From Octopus sinensis (lineage: Eukaryota): a stretch of DNA of 64,000 nucleotides. The notes under the pieces were generated by a model, which did no database searches, was not told the DNA's origin, and worked only from the letters and a program-made list of their open reading frames with translations. The DNA is taken from assembly GCF_006345805.1 (NCBI RefSeq), contig NC_042997.1, positions 165,044,001 to 165,108,000 of the forward strand, in the 5' to 3' direction. The position numbers and the translations under genes were made by a program. Every line of letters begins with the position of its first letter. The first letter of the stretch is position 1. Below, in pieces: positions 13,935-27,955 of the stretch.

Positions 13935-14005
13935 ACAGACAACTATATGTAATATATATATATATATACATATAATATATATATTATGATATATCATTTC
14001 CCCCC

Positions 14006-14074
<69 letters not shown>

Positions 14075-14076
14075 TT

Positions 14077-14146
<70 letters not shown>

Positions 14147-15197
14147 CTCGCAATTCTTTCCTCTCATACTCTCATTTTGTTTTTCCATTCCTCTTTCCTC
14201 TGTGCTGTATGTTGTATCTTTTATCCTAAGCATATTTCTTTCCTTCCTCTTCGTTTAGTGTTTATACTCACCATATCTACCTACCTATCTATCCATCTAT
14301 CTACATATCTATCTATCTAAGTCGAATTAACTTGTCTCTAGGCTAGGCTAGGCCGAATTTACTTGTCTCTTGGCTAAACCGATAATAACCATTCCCAGTT
14401 CTGTACTTTATTTATGAATGCATTTTCAATAATACCTGGTTAATAAAAAAACTATTTTAATCTTACAAACAAATTATTTTCATTTTTTTAATACAATACA
14501 GTTTTAAAAAATGTAATCTAAATTTACGAATACAATTTGATGGTGTTTACCGTACATCACGGACACTTATTTATGAATGTGATTTGCGACAATACATGGT
14601 AAAATAAAAGCCTTTTTTAAGATTAAAAAACAAATTCAGTTATTATTATTTCACAATAGTAAAAAAAAAACTAAATTATTTTAAATTTGCCAATATGTAC
14701 ATGCAATTTGGTAATTTCATGATTTCATGAATTCGTTCACTAAGCTACACTACTTTATGGTGTGTATCTTAACATTTACTGTACTTATTTCAATATGATT
14801 TTATATGCTTTTATTCTTATTTATTGTTCAGTAACATGATTCTGTGTGCTTTTAACGGTTTTCTAGTGATTTTACGATTCCGGTATTTGTGGCAGACAGA
14901 CGTAAAGTTGAGTAAAATGAGTTCACTTGATTTTTATTTTTTCATATATTATTTGTGAAAACCGACTTATAATCGAGAACGACTTAAGCCGAGGTATGCC
15001 TGTGAAAGGTGAAAATCCGCGATGTGGAAACAGTACTGTAGTGTATATGCATTTTTTATTTTTATAATTTGTATATATTTATTTTATTGTAAATGAAAAA
15101 CAACACCACGAAGGAATCGACTTAAGCTTAAATAATAAACCACGATAGGTGAACCGTTTTATGGCGAGGGATTACCGTGTGTATATATATATATATA

Positions 15198-15499
15198 TTT
15201 TTATATATAAAAGTGAAGTTGTGTGAGTGTCTGTCTCCTACGATTTAGATTCCTAACTACTCCCACATTTTGCGGTGCAGTTTAACCAAAAGCGGGTATC
15301 TTATAGTCGTGATTCATATCGAGCCCTTCTGGGTATTAGCGCGCGTCTACGATGAGTCTACGATTAAAAAAAAAATTTACCATCATTTTTTCCCATTTTA
15401 ATGCATTTTTTTGCTATTATATAAGGGAAGTAACTCTCTAAAAATGCTTATATAGTTATTTCCCTTACAAACCCGAGCAACGCCGGGCAATACTGCTAG
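15198..15499 (+). mobile_element. Non-autonomous Helitron
   Basis: Homologous to 43593-43991. 3' hairpin cccgagcaacgccggg followed by CTAG|T. Confidence 0.8.
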
Positions 15500-15586
15500 T
15501 ATATAATAAATTAATAAATAAAACATATGCATATATACATACATATATGTACGTACCTACCTCTACATGTATATATACATACATAT

Positions 15587-15752
15587 ATGGGTACAGGACA
15601 CCAAAAAAACGTCGAACACAATGAGAAACGAAAACATAAACACAAAAACAAGGAAATGGACATTTCTTTTAAACAACGAAAAAATAGAGTACAGGACACA
15701 CAAAACAAGGAAAATTCCCCTTCTTCAGTCGCCTTAGTTTCACATACTCCAC
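15587..15752 (-). mobile_element. Possible pLTR 3' fragment between TA-rich repeats
   Basis: Short unique insert in microsatellite with ctgaagaagggg on the minus strand. No complete ribozyme visible. Confidence 0.25.
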
Positions 15753-16080
15753 ATATATATATATATATGTGTGTGTTGTGTGTGTGTGTGTGTGTATATG
15801 CATATCTAGCTATCTATAGATAGATATGTGTACAGATGTGTGTGTGAGTGTGTGTGTGTATGTATGTATATGTATGTATTATACATACGCACATTACTCT
15901 TAATACACATGTGCATGCATGTGGAGAGACTCGTTGTAACATAGATACATATACATACATATAAACGTACATACATAAATATGTGTATTTATTTTTATAA
16001 ATGCATGTGTGTGTGTGTGTGTGTGTGTGCGTGTGCTTGTATTTTCCAGTAGAAAGAGAGAGAAAGAAACAAAGAGAGAA

Positions 16081-16129
<49 letters not shown>

Positions 16130-16411
16130 GAGAGAGAGAGAGAGAGACGGTCGGACAAATAAACAGATTGATGGCGGATAAATGCAACGTATATATTCCT
16201 AAAGTAAGAATTCTGCTGAGTTGTATTATTTCTAAGAAGGTGCAACGTTAGGTAAAGGTTATTTGGGGTCACACCAGCCAAGCTGTGCTCATGTCTCTTC
16301 TATAAGAAGGAATGGTTTGTGATTAGCACCGGATTCAGTTGTAATGTGACAAAACGGTAATCTCTCCACCTTGCGAGAAATGAAGGATTTGTCTGTTCTG
16401 AAATAACCTTT

Positions 16412-17333
16412 GTGATGACAGTGACGATGATATTTATTGACGATGATGATGATGGTGGTGGTGGTGGAGCTGGTTATGGTCGTGGTGGTGGAGCTGGTTA
16501 TGGTCGTGGTGGTGGTAGTGGTGTTGGGGATGATGAACGTGACGATAAGTGTGATGGTGATAGTGATGATGAGGACTACGACGATGATTATGATGGTGAA
16601 GGTGATGGTTGTTGTGTCGTGTTAGTGGTGGTGGTGGTGGTTGCGACAACGTGTATGGTTGTGATGAGAGTAGTGCTAATGATGATGATGATGATGATGA
16701 TGATGATGCTAACGATGATGGTAGTGATGTTGGTGGTGGTGGTGGCGGTGGTGGTGGTGGTGGTGGTTGCGACAACGTGTATGGTTGTGATGAGAGTAGT
16801 GCTAATGATGATGATGATGATGATGATGATGCTAACGATGATGGTAGTGATGTTGGTGGTGGTGGTGGCGGTGGTGGTGGTGGTGGTGGTGGCGGTGGTG
16901 ATGGTGGCGACGGTGACGGCGGCGTCGGTGGTAGTGGTGGTGACAATGGAGATAGTTGGTGGTGAAATTGATGACGATAATGATGAACGGCAGTGACTGC
17001 TATGATGATGGCGGCGGCGGTAATAGTGCAGCAGCTGCTGGTGATGAATGCGGCGATGAAAATGGTAGTGAAGATGACGATGGTAGCGATGGTGGTGGTG
17101 GTGGTGGCGGCGGTGGCGGCGGCAATGGTGGTGACAGGGGTGGTGGCTGCGGTGGCGGTGGCGGCGGCGGCGGCGGTGGCGGCGGCGGTGGCGGCGGCGG
17201 TGGTGATGATGGTGGGGGTAACTATGAAGGTGGCGATGGGTATGCTACTGAGGAAGGTGGAGGTAGTGATGATAACAACGACGGCGTCCACGACGACAAT
17301 GCCGACGACGACGATGACAATGATGATGATGAA

Positions 17334-17416
<83 letters not shown>

Positions 17417-17420
17417 GTTC
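16412..17420. repeat. GAT/GGT/GGC low-complexity field with a 126-bp internal tandem duplication
   Basis: gttgcgacaacgtgtatggttgtgatgagagtagtgcta occurs at about 16640 and 16766. Confidence 0.85.
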
Positions 17421-17712
17421 ATGATGAACACGTTGGCAGCGACGGTGCCGGTTGGATTTGTAAAATATTTAATCAGATTGTTTTGCGGCTGATAACCTGA
17501 ATATGTTAGCAAAAGGATTTCAAGACGGAGTAAATCGAATGAACTGAATGTAGAGGAGTGAATCACTGAGGTCAAAGGTCAGTATAATTCTGCTAATGTA
17601 TCCTGGGGTTTGTTTGAGAAGTCGAAGTAAACTGTTGTTCTTTAGCCACGTGTCGGCTCTTTATTGAACAGATCTGTGAGCATAGGTATCCCAACCATGG
17701 ATATCCTGGATA

Positions 17713-18147
17713 TACTCTCTCTTTTTACTCTTTTACTCTTTTACCTGTTTCAGTCATTTGACTGCGGCCATGCTGGAGCACCGCCTGTAGTCGAGCAAAT
17801 CGACCCCAGGACTTATTCTTTTGAAAGACTAGTACTTATTCTATCGTTCTCTTTTGTCGAACCGCTAAGTTACGGGGACGTAAACGCACCAGCATCGGTT
17901 GTCAAGCGATGTTTGGGGACAAGCACAAACACGCGCGCACACACACACACATATACATATATATATACACATATATACATATACGACGGGCCTCTTTCAG
18001 TTTCCGTCCACCAAATCCACTCACAAGGCTTTGGTCGGCCCGAGGCTATAGTAGATGACACTCGCCCAAGGTGCCTCGCAGTGGGACTGAACCCGGAACC
18101 ATATGGTTGGTAAGGAAACTACTTACCACACAGCCACTCCTGCGCCT
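17713..18147 (-). mobile_element. SINE family A, full length
   Basis: Same head, body and tail as 9831-10263. Confidence 0.85.
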
Positions 18148-18346
18148 ATATATTTTTATCTATATTAGTTATTGTTTCCTTCTGTGAGTTGGAGAAGATT
18201 TGGTTGCCATCTTTAGCAGGTCAAGCAACTCTGTAACTGCTCCTTCGTTGATATGCATTTATGTTATTGGATGTTGTTTAATCCCAAGCCTATCTTGATC
18301 GAGTAGATTTATGATCAAAATCATTCCAGATGTGACTACCTCGTCT

Positions 18347-18378
<32 letters not shown>

Positions 18379-18636
18379 CAAGAAATTCACTACCACATTA
18401 TGCAACAGTCGTTGTTTAAAACAGTAGGGTGTGATTTTAGATAGTTTTGGTTGGTAATTTTTATAGGTCAGGTGACTATGTAGAAGTCCCTTCGTTAGTT
18501 CTTAATTCTAAGCCAATTTTGCCCCATGGCATTTTCTTATTATCTAAGATGTATTTCTAAGTCCAGTATAGTTCTTTTACATTACCAAGCTTATACGTAA
18601 CTGGAGTTTTGTTGATGAAATCATAATTATAGTTTT

Positions 18637-19000
18637 TTGCGCGGTAATACTGATTGGAGCTCAGGCTCTCAAGTAACCTGGAAAATGCCCAAGTCTCGCT
18701 ACTATATAGCAAGACAGGGAGGACCAGAGGCACGAAGACCATTATCCTCCAGCATAGGTATCGGCAGTACCAAACACCTTTGCTCAGTGAGTCCACAACT
18801 GCATCAGCACATCCGTGTCTTTTTAAAACTTCGGACTCGCAGATAATACTGCAATAGATCACACCGCCGAGACAAGTGAAGCGGTTAACAACTTCGACAT
18901 TCTGAGCTGCGTCAGAGACAGGTGAGATGGGGCCTCTCCTGGAGCCAACGAAAGACTAGATCTTTGCTTTAACCCAAGAAACTCCTTTGGTATCAGGAGG
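18637..19000 (-). mobile_element. RTE LINE fragment (post-RT region)
   Basis: Minus-strand peptide ...DSLSKGVWYCRYL...VFVPLVLPVLLYSSETW, matching the RTE LLYGSETW motif. Confidence 0.75.
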
Positions 19001-19539
19001 CTTCGCATGGTTGTTGGTTGCCAATAGTCAAATTTAGTACCAAGCCAACGACTAAAAAACTAGTATGCGTTTTGCTTCATGTATGATTCGAGAGCTTCAG
19101 ATCAAACTGTTTTGTCATGTTTCTCGATTTTCTGAGTTGGATCCTGCGTATCATGTTCTCTTCTCTGAGGATCCGGCAAGGGTGATGGCTGATGTTGGTC
19201 GGCCATAGTTGATGGCTGGTTTTGGTCAACAAATAGTTGATGCAGTGACACACTGCAATGGCGCATGCTCCAACACCCGAATCTGAACCTGGAATACTTA
19301 TTGCACGAGACAAGAAGTAACTCTGACTGTAACTCTAGCAGTATTTGTTTCGACTATTTTCACTCTGAGTTCAACTTAGCTTTTATTCTTTCGAGGTCAA
19401 CAAAGTGTACCATTCCAAGTCAGCGGATTGGCAGAACTGAGAGAATTTGCTGTATCTGTTCTGGCTCTATGCGTTCTGAATTCAAATTTTGTCGTGGCCT
19501 ACACGCGGCGATGGAGTAAGAAAGAAAGAAAGAGAGGAG

Positions 19540-19587
<48 letters not shown>

Positions 19588-20243
19588 ATATGAACAAACT
19601 ACAAGCGAAAAAGAGTACAAATCGACTCCAGGTCAGGGCTGATACTTTATTTATCGACACTGCAAGGATAAAAGGCATAGTCGACCTCGGTGGAATGTGA
19701 ACTTAGAACTTAGAGAATACTCCAAGGAATTCTATTCAACACTTTTACCGTCCAACTACTAGAAGCAGCGAGTTAGCAGAGCCAATTCATTACTTTTTGA
19801 GAAATTATAAAAGTCTAAGATGAGTTGTTGTTAATGTGATAATGACATTAAACACATCTTGTGAGATGAAACTACTCTTGTTTAGTCTACATTGCATTCC
19901 GATTTGATTCCTTTCTGATCGTCAGCAGGTATTTTATTCCTGGATATGTACATAATACCATAATGGGTTCAAACTTGGGAGCTTTATTTCTTAACTAAAA
20001 GCAATAACACTCTTATCCCCTATGTCACAGAAACGGAAACCAAATAAAACAACGCTCTCTCTCACTATATATGTGTGTGTGTGTGTGTGTGTATGTGTGT
20101 GTGTGTGTGTGTATGTGTGCGTGTGTGTGTGTATTGTGTCTATTTTGTTTGGTTTTACAAATACATCCATATACATACACACACATTTGTATTGAGTCCT
20201 GTAATTTATCGCTTCTGATGAATCAACACAGGTTTATATATAT

Positions 20244-20304
<61 letters not shown>

Positions 20305-21290
20305 GTGTGTGCGCGCGCATGTGTGTTTGTACGTGTGTGTGATGTGTAAAGATGAGCCTGAAAGGATATTTAATACTGAGTAGAATCGGAACTCGAAACC
20401 ACGAGGAGCTGAAATGTGTATTGTAGAACACACATATTAGTTGCCATCTCTACTGCCCCATCCCTCCACCACTCCCGACTTATAACATGATTAACATTCT
20501 CAGAATGAAAGAGAATTAATTCGTTAAATTTACTTAATATGTTTGAGTAGGAACAATTTAAATTTCAAAGGTTATGGACCAGCTCCAATACACACCTCCT
20601 ACCAATAAAATCATTATTGATATAGTTTTGTTTTTGGTTTTAATAGCCAGACGAGTCTTTTGTCAGTTAATTAAAACGGTTTAAAAGATCTGCCGGCAAC
20701 TTTCATGTTCAGCTTTTGAGAAAGTTTATGTAATTCAGTTGTTTAATTAATTCTAAAGTTTCAAAAATATTTCCTAGGCGGAAACAACAGACATTTTAAG
20801 TTTAAAAGGCAATATTACTGTTTAGATCGAAGTCATTACTGGAGAAGTCAATACTGATTTGGAAATTCCTGTTTCCAAATACTCATTCAACCATTAAAAA
20901 AAATTCATCGTAGCATGGCCATACCAATATTTGTCTATAAATTATCTCATGGCACTATATTGATTTACGCCCGATAGAATAGTGATGTGATATAACTGAA
21001 TTATTTTCTTTAAAACATCAGTTATATTTTGTTGTATCACATGGCTATATTCTATGTAAAATACTATATTATGCATCTTTTTCCCTTAATCTTTCTCGGT
21101 TTTTGAAATTCATTAGAAGATATTCTTTTGAGCATCTTCAAATTACCAGCACTCATCTGTTTTTCAAGATATTTACAGATTAGCTTTAAAGATAGGCATA
21201 CACATATTCCAGAAAATGGCAAAAATCTTCTCTTTTACGCGTGTCTCATAAGATATGCATTCTTTTTCATGAAATTAAGCATTTGCTGTG

Positions 21291-21337
<47 letters not shown>

Positions 21338-21374
21338 ATAATAATAATAATAATATAATAATAATAATAATAAT

Positions 21375-21511
21375 AGAGAAATTAGCGCTACTAAGTACCG
21401 CACACATCTTACGTAAAGCGCTTTAATACAGTGAAAAATAAAAACGCCAGAACAAACTGCAGCACATACCCAAGGAACACAGAGCTGTGTTCGGTAGTGC
21501 TGCGAAAGTAC

Positions 21512-21512
<1 letters not shown>
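21375..21512 (+). mobile_element. Dong/R4-like LINE extreme 3' end in (TAA)n
   Basis: EKLALLSTAHILRKAL* then a 3' UTR (cacatacccaagg.acacagagctg...tcggtagtg) shared with 25745-25845. TAA repeats on both sides. Confidence 0.8.
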
Positions 21513-21566
<54 letters not shown>

Positions 21567-21579
21567 TGATGATGATGAT

Positions 21580-22130
21580 GATTTAAAATTTTGGCACAAG
21601 GCCAACAATTCTGAGGGAGGGATAACTCGATTACATCGACCCCGAAAGAATGAATGTCGACCTCGGTGGAATTTGAATTCAGAACATAAAGACAGACAAA
21701 ATGCCGCTAAGAATTTTACCTGGCGTGCTAATGAATCTGCCACCTTACTGCCTTAACACTAATAATAATAACATCAACAGTAATAATGCTTTCTTTAATA
21801 CTAATTGTTTCTTATTTTGATATAAAGGTAGCAATATTATGGAGTGGGGTTTAGGGACACCATCAATTTCAGTACTTCATTTGTACTTTTATTTTATCGA
21901 TCCCGCTGGTAGAAAGACAAACTTGACACTGTGGCAGTTGAACTCAGAAAATAAAGAATGAAAAGAAATACTGCAAGGCATTATGTCCGACGCTCTGATG
22001 ATTCCGCTAATCCATTGCCCTCGATATTGGAATGGTACTTAATTTTATCGGCTCCGAAAGGATGAAAGGCGAATTTGACCTCGACAGGATTTGAACTACG
22101 TACTGCAAAATATTTTTACGATCACTTTAA
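21580..22130 (-). mobile_element. Cluster of SINE family B fragments
   Basis: Repeated ...cgaaaggatgaaaggc...gacctcg...atttgaact... segments. Confidence 0.65.
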
Positions 22131-22329
22131 CAGTTCAACCATTCCAAAATAATTGAGATGAGAGAGAGAGAGATATGCAAATTGGTGGCAGTCTACAGTG
22201 TTAAGTCTATAGGTAGATTTTAACAGATTATATTTCAACAGAAAAGATGGAAGACGCGAGATAAGAGTATAAGATAGTGTAGGTGTTTAGAAGTAGAGAG
22301 TTTGAGCAAGTATATTACTGACTGTGATA

Positions 22330-23202
22330 GTGCGACAAGAAGGAATATTAGAAGAAATACAAATGAAGTCCTCAAAGTTAGAAACAAACAGCTTACATGG
22401 AAAGCTTTTCGCAAAATAATGAAGACTGCGAAGATGAGAAATCATTCCGATGACTAAAGGAAATTTTGAAGAAAAAGGATCAAGGTGTTTGATTCTAGCG
22501 TAGAATTAAGCAATCAGAATGAGATACCAGAAAGATTATAGAGAAGGAAAACGCATTGGATGCCTGTAAGTTGTATCGTGAAAGCTAATATATTGTTGTG
22601 CATTTAGTCTCTAAAAGTAAGATGCTTGTACATTGAAACTGGAGACATGAAAAAGTTGCCTCAAGTATATATATATATATATTGCAGAATTTGTAAAATG
22701 TTTGGATTTGAGCATGCCGGAAAATGCTGTAGCCATAAGGCAGAACACATCCTTGAAGACGACCATATATAGGTGCTGTATGAAACGGAGATTTAAACGG
22801 ATAGAAAAACAGAAGATTCACTCCTAGCTATTGTATTACTCAATAAAGAGGAAACAGTTTATTTCAAATCGGTGTTACTTGCCCATTTGATACTAAAGTG
22901 AGAGACAAAGAGCGTGCAAAAATATAAATATGCTAAAACCTAATGTACAAATATGTATAATTTCGAATCGCCGAAAAAGTTATTATCCCAGTTGTAGCAA
23001 GAGACGTAAAATCAGTGGCAAGAGGTTTAAATATTTGGTTGAAAATGTTAGATATTGAGGTGAATTTTCTGACTTTATAGAAAACTTGTTTGCTTGGAGT
23101 TTCAGGAACCATAAGAAAAGTGCTTAATGCACAAGTGTGTGGGATACAAATTGTTATATAGCAATCCAGTAGCGTCAGTACGACAACGAAATGCCGAAGG
23201 AC
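22330..23202 (+). mobile_element. Old Dong/R4-like LINE 3' fragment
   Basis: Relics LHGK, CKL...HLVS, VTCPFDT, IIPVV, KTCLLG..TIRKVL. Ends in (TAA)n. Confidence 0.55.
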
Positions 23203-23254
<52 letters not shown>

Positions 23255-23274
23255 TGATGATGATGATAATTTTG

Positions 23275-23930
23275 TTAGTAGCAGCACAAGATATAGCATT
23301 GAGGACTAAGTGTAAAAAAGATAGACAAAAGTCAGGTAGATTCTCAATGTGGTTTATGTAAATATAAAGAGGGAAGTGTTACTCATATAGTAAGTGAATG
23401 TAGAATTGTGACACAGAAACCATGCAAGAAAAAACATAACAATCTAAGGAGAATAATTCACTGAGAGCTATGTAGAAAGCTAAGATTTGATCATACTGAT
23501 AAGTGGTATGAACATGAATCTAGTAAAATAGTAGAAAGTAAGAAATACCAGATGTGGGGTTTTAACATTCAGACTGACAATGTAATAGAAGCTAAAAAGC
23601 CTGATTTAGTAGTGGTAGACAAAGAAAATAGAAAGTACTAGATAATTGACTTTAGAGTCTCAAATGATGAAAAAGTCAATATGAGAGGTATAGAGAAAAT
23701 AACAAAGTACCAGTACCTAGCCATTCAGTTACAAAGACTATGGAAAGTGCAGATAAATGTATTCCTGCAGTTATAGGTGCATTAGGAACTATTCTTAAAG
23801 ATTTTAACAAATGAATAGAGGAAATAGGCATAATACCTAGTGTGGCTTCAGGAAATAGTATTATTATTAGGGGCTACTAGAATATTTAGGAAGGTTCTTG
23901 GCATCTAAGGTTAATTGTAGTACGATATTA
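23275..23930 (+). mobile_element. Dong/R4-like LINE 3' fragment (zinc knuckle plus restriction-like endonuclease)
   Basis: SVTHIVSEC, KWYEH, FNIQTDNVIEAKKPDLVVVDKE, IIDF, EKITKYQYLAIQLQRLW, VIGALGTI, with stops. Confidence 0.8.
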
Positions 23931-23989
23931 GGAATTTTTCGAACAGTCTAATCCATTGTGCGTAAATGAAATATGGAGATCAACATATT

Positions 23990-24306
23990 ATCATAAAGGA
24001 AAGAGAAAAATTGATAAATATGGGGACCTGAGAATTGAAATCGCTAAAATGTGGCAGCTACGAGAGTCAAACATAAAGGTTGACCCTATTGTCATCGGAA
24101 CATTGGGTTTAATACCACCCAATCTAAAAAAAAACATATGGACGCTTTAGAAATACCCTACAATCTAGGCGTATTAGAAAAATCGGCATTACTTGGAACT
24201 GCGCGCATATTGAGTAAAATGCTATCTGTCTGAGGTCCTTGTGATTTGACAGACAGTACAAACCCCCAGTAGACACAATATCTTCAATCAACAACATCGC
24301 GACGTC

Positions 24307-24308
<2 letters not shown>
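23990..24308 (+). mobile_element. Dong/R4-like LINE 3' fragment
   Basis: KIDKYGDLRIEIAKMW...PIVIGTLG...LEKSALLGTARILSKMLSV*, followed by (TAA)n. Confidence 0.8.
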
Positions 24309-24377
<69 letters not shown>

Positions 24378-24379
<2 letters not shown>

Positions 24380-25845
24380 ATTAGACCAAAGCCAAACTTA
24401 CAAATACTTAGGAATCCATGAACTAGATAAGACACAACACACACAAATGAAAGAGAAAATAAAAAAAGAATATTATAGACGAGTTAGATCAATATTGAAA
24501 ACAGAGCTCAATGCTAAAAACAAGATAATAGGTATCAACACTTTAGCCGTCCCAGTTATAAGTTACAGCTACAATATCCTTAACTGGACACTAAATGAAC
24601 TAACCAAAATAGATAGGAAAACAAGAAAAATAATGACAGGATCTAGGATGCATCACCCAAAATCTGACATAGAAAGGCTATATATACAACGTATAGAAGG
24701 TGGTAGAGGCCTTATACAGCTGGAAAACTACTATAAAATAACCACCATAGGACTGCAAAAATATCTACTTCAGAAGGAAGGAAAACTGATACAAATAGCG
24801 GCAAAACACGAGCAAAACAAAAAACTGTTCTCAGTATTTAAGGAAGCTGACAAATACAAACAAGAAATCATACTACCTAACAAATATGAAGAAGAAGAAG
24901 ATGAAGAAACAACAAAAGCTATAAAACATATGAAATCCAAACTAAAAATAGAACAGCAACGAACCATGATAAAACGATGGCAAGAAAAGCCCCTTCATGG
25001 CAAATACTGGACTAAACTAAATGCAAAAGAAATAGACAAAGAAAAATTCCAGCAATGGTTGAGAAGCTCAGGACTCAAAGCAGAGACAGAAGGATTTTTA
25101 ATTGCAGCACAAGACCAAAGCCTCCCCACCAGAAATTACCAAAAACATGTAATGAAAAAAAATATTACAAGTAACTGCAGAATATGTGGAGATGATAAGA
25201 AACGATAAATCATATGATCTCTGGCTGCCCAGTCCTGGCTAAGAAGGAATATATTCACAGACACGACAGAGTTGGGGCCTATATACACTGGAAGCTATGC
25301 CAACATTATGGAATAACAACAGAAAAAAGATGGTATAGGCACACACCAGAAAAGGTCACAGAAAACGAGAAAGCAACCATACTCTGGGATATGCCGATAC
25401 ACACAGATAGAGAAATTAAGGCCAACAGACCAGATATAGTTGTTAGAGATCATGAAGAAAAAAAATGCTTTCTAATTGATGTATCAATACCGGCAGATGA
25501 CAACGTGTCTCTAAAAGAAATGGAGAAACTCTCAAAATACAAAGACCTGGAAATAGAGGTAAACAGAATGTGGAATCTAAAAACAGAAACAATTCCTATC
25601 ATAGTAGGTGCATTAGGCATGATAAAAAAATATTTAGACAAATACATAACAAAAACACCAGGACTTACAAACACATATAACATACAGAAAATTGCACTAC
25701 TATGCACTGCACACATCCTACGGAGAACACTTTCCATACAATAACCATCAGAGCATCACAACAAATCACAACACATACCCAAGGCACACAGAGCTGCACT
25801 CGGTAGTGAAGTGAAAGCGCGCTATAAAAATAAAACTACGGAATA
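24378..25845 (+). mobile_element. 5'-truncated, young Dong/R4-clade non-LTR retrotransposon in (TAA)n
   Basis: Starts at RT motif TYKYLGI. Contains GGRGL, LHGKY, AAQDQSL, a CRIC...H...GC zinc knuckle, RHD, RPDIVV...IDVSIP...EKLSKY (PD-D/ExK). One frameshift near 25200 joins ORFs 24447-25208 and 25214-25744. TAA tracts on both flanks. Confidence 0.93.
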
Positions 25846-25855
25846 ATAATAATAA

Positions 25856-26322
25856 TAAAAAGATGGGCTACAGAAAATATTCTGCTCAATACCACAGATT
25901 TGCTTGTCAGTTGTTTGACCTTAACCAGTTGACCATGTCCCTTAGTGGCTGACGATATGTGCATCTCTGATCACGAGCAGAAGAAGTGGGGGAGCATCAT
26001 AGATATGTGTTGAGAGGGATTCTTGGGAGTTTGAATAATTCACCTCTGGAAACATGGGTTCAACATCCTTAAACAACCCCTATTCGGGGACCTCTTGAGC
26101 AGGATAGGTTACTCGACCAGAAGAATATTCTAACTGAACCCCACCTGCGAGGTCATGTGCTGTTTATCTTGATATGAGATCACCATGTCGCGCACATATG
26201 GTTGTGATGCATGTGACTAGGGTACCCTTATCTTATCAGACGGGTAGTCATGATGGGTATACTGGGCTTCGTATATTTTACCCCAGTGTCACTTTGATAG
26301 CATGCACTGCTCTCTCACTCAA
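25856..26322 (+). mobile_element. Family D element, 5'-truncated
   Basis: Colinear with about 57503-57967. Flanked by TAA repeats and directly follows the Dong copy. Confidence 0.8.
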
Positions 26323-26411
26323 TAATAATAGTAGTAATAATAATAGCAACAGCAAAAACAACAACAATAATAATAATAATAACAATAATAATAATAATAA
26401 TAATAACAACA

Positions 26412-26580
26412 GGCACAAGTTTCGAGTGAGGATTAAGTCGATCCTAGGGAATCCAGTAAGTGACTGGACCTTTGTTTTATCAAATACAGAAGAATGAAAT
26501 GCAAAGTTGATCTTGGCAGGATTTGAACTCAGAACGTTAAGAGATATAACTAAATAACACAAGCTATTGTGTCAGACGCT
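26412..26580 (-). mobile_element. SINE family B fragment
   Basis: ...gttgatcttggcaggatttgaactcagaacg... Confidence 0.55.
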
Positions 26581-27955
26581 TTTCATGCCCCACTTAGTTT
26601 ATTTCGTCAACTAACATTTCTTAATTACAAAAGATTAACCTAGTCTTTAGTCAAAAGAAAATAATTATTGATTACAGAAACAAAGTGGAATGGTTTTGTG
26701 ATTGCTTCTGCAAAAAGTCAAGTGACTCGAAGCTATTTTGGGATTAGATCAACTTTGTTAAACGCTAGTTGTATAAATTTGAAATGAAATTTAATGATTT
26801 TTTGAGAAAACACAACTCCTTACTGTTAAGTTCGCTCCTCTGTTCATTATGCAAACACTGGCGTCATATGAGGTAATAATCTTTGGAGGGTTACATTGAA
26901 TTATGAGCATTCATTCTATTGACACAATTTATTTCTGTATTAAAGATGTATCGAAAAAAGACAGTTCATATTACGGTTTTAACGCCCTTTATTGAATATT
27001 AGTTTTTAATTTCAATTTTGTGATTAAAAAAAAATTTGTTAAACCGAATCTAATGTATAAAGCATATGTTTAGTCAAAAGGAACCTAAGCAATATTTGGC
27101 AACTGGAAGATGGACCGTAAAGTAAGATACAAGTCTCTGGCCAATAGAATTTGAAGCCCAGTTTCGATTTTACCTGAAGACATTTCATTTTCCTAGTTTA
27201 TTCGATTGTGGAGAAAACATGACAAAAATCTACAACATATCCATTTCATCTCCTGTAAAATATCTATAAGTGGAAAATGATGTAAGTAAAAATACCCAGA
27301 GATACATTCTGCATAAAAACCAGAACATAAATGTCAGTGTTAGCATACTTAATATAGTGAACTAAAAAAAGAGTTAATGAATTAAAATCCCACCCCTGGT
27401 TAGGAGAAATAATCATTATTTAGTGATCAATTCTGATAAAGAAAGGCTAGAGAGAGACAATTCTGATATTTTAGTTAAATTTAATTAATAATTATGTCAG
27501 GTCACTCATGAGTCCTATTGGAAAAATGTAGTCTGGTATAACCTGCTGCATGCTCAGTCGTCGAGGACTAAACCAGTTCCCCCCACTAAGCTTGCTTGGT
27601 GAGAAGGGTTGCTAGAAACCACAGAATAAAAGTGATGCATTTTAAAAGGACAGATGGATTCAACCGAAAGTCAACCACTACCTAGAAATAGCGCGCGGAC
27701 TTAAAAATTCTGGATTAATGTATAGCGTGCAGCAAGACCACTGGAAAGGAGGTAGGTGGGAGCTCATTCTAGGGCTCGGAAACAAAATTCGGGGTCAATT
27801 CCGCGCATGAACCCTCACTGCGTAAGAGTGCCTGTGAAGAAGTGAAAGCTAAAGGAATCAATCCCGATAATAAAACTGATCAGAAGAGAACTCGGGGCCC
27901 ACCGACCCATTTGATTCCAAAGAGAACATATCAACGCAACAAATATTACTCGTAA

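Noticed and set aside
16412-17575. 285-aa Pro/Ser/His-rich and Gly/Asp-rich ORFs resembling structural proteins
   Set aside because: GAT/GGT/GGC low-complexity DNA open in most frames on both strands.
20352-20412. Hammerhead-like GAGU...ACUC-GAAAC segment
   Set aside because: 5' core not correctly positioned and cleavage triplet absent. At best a relic.
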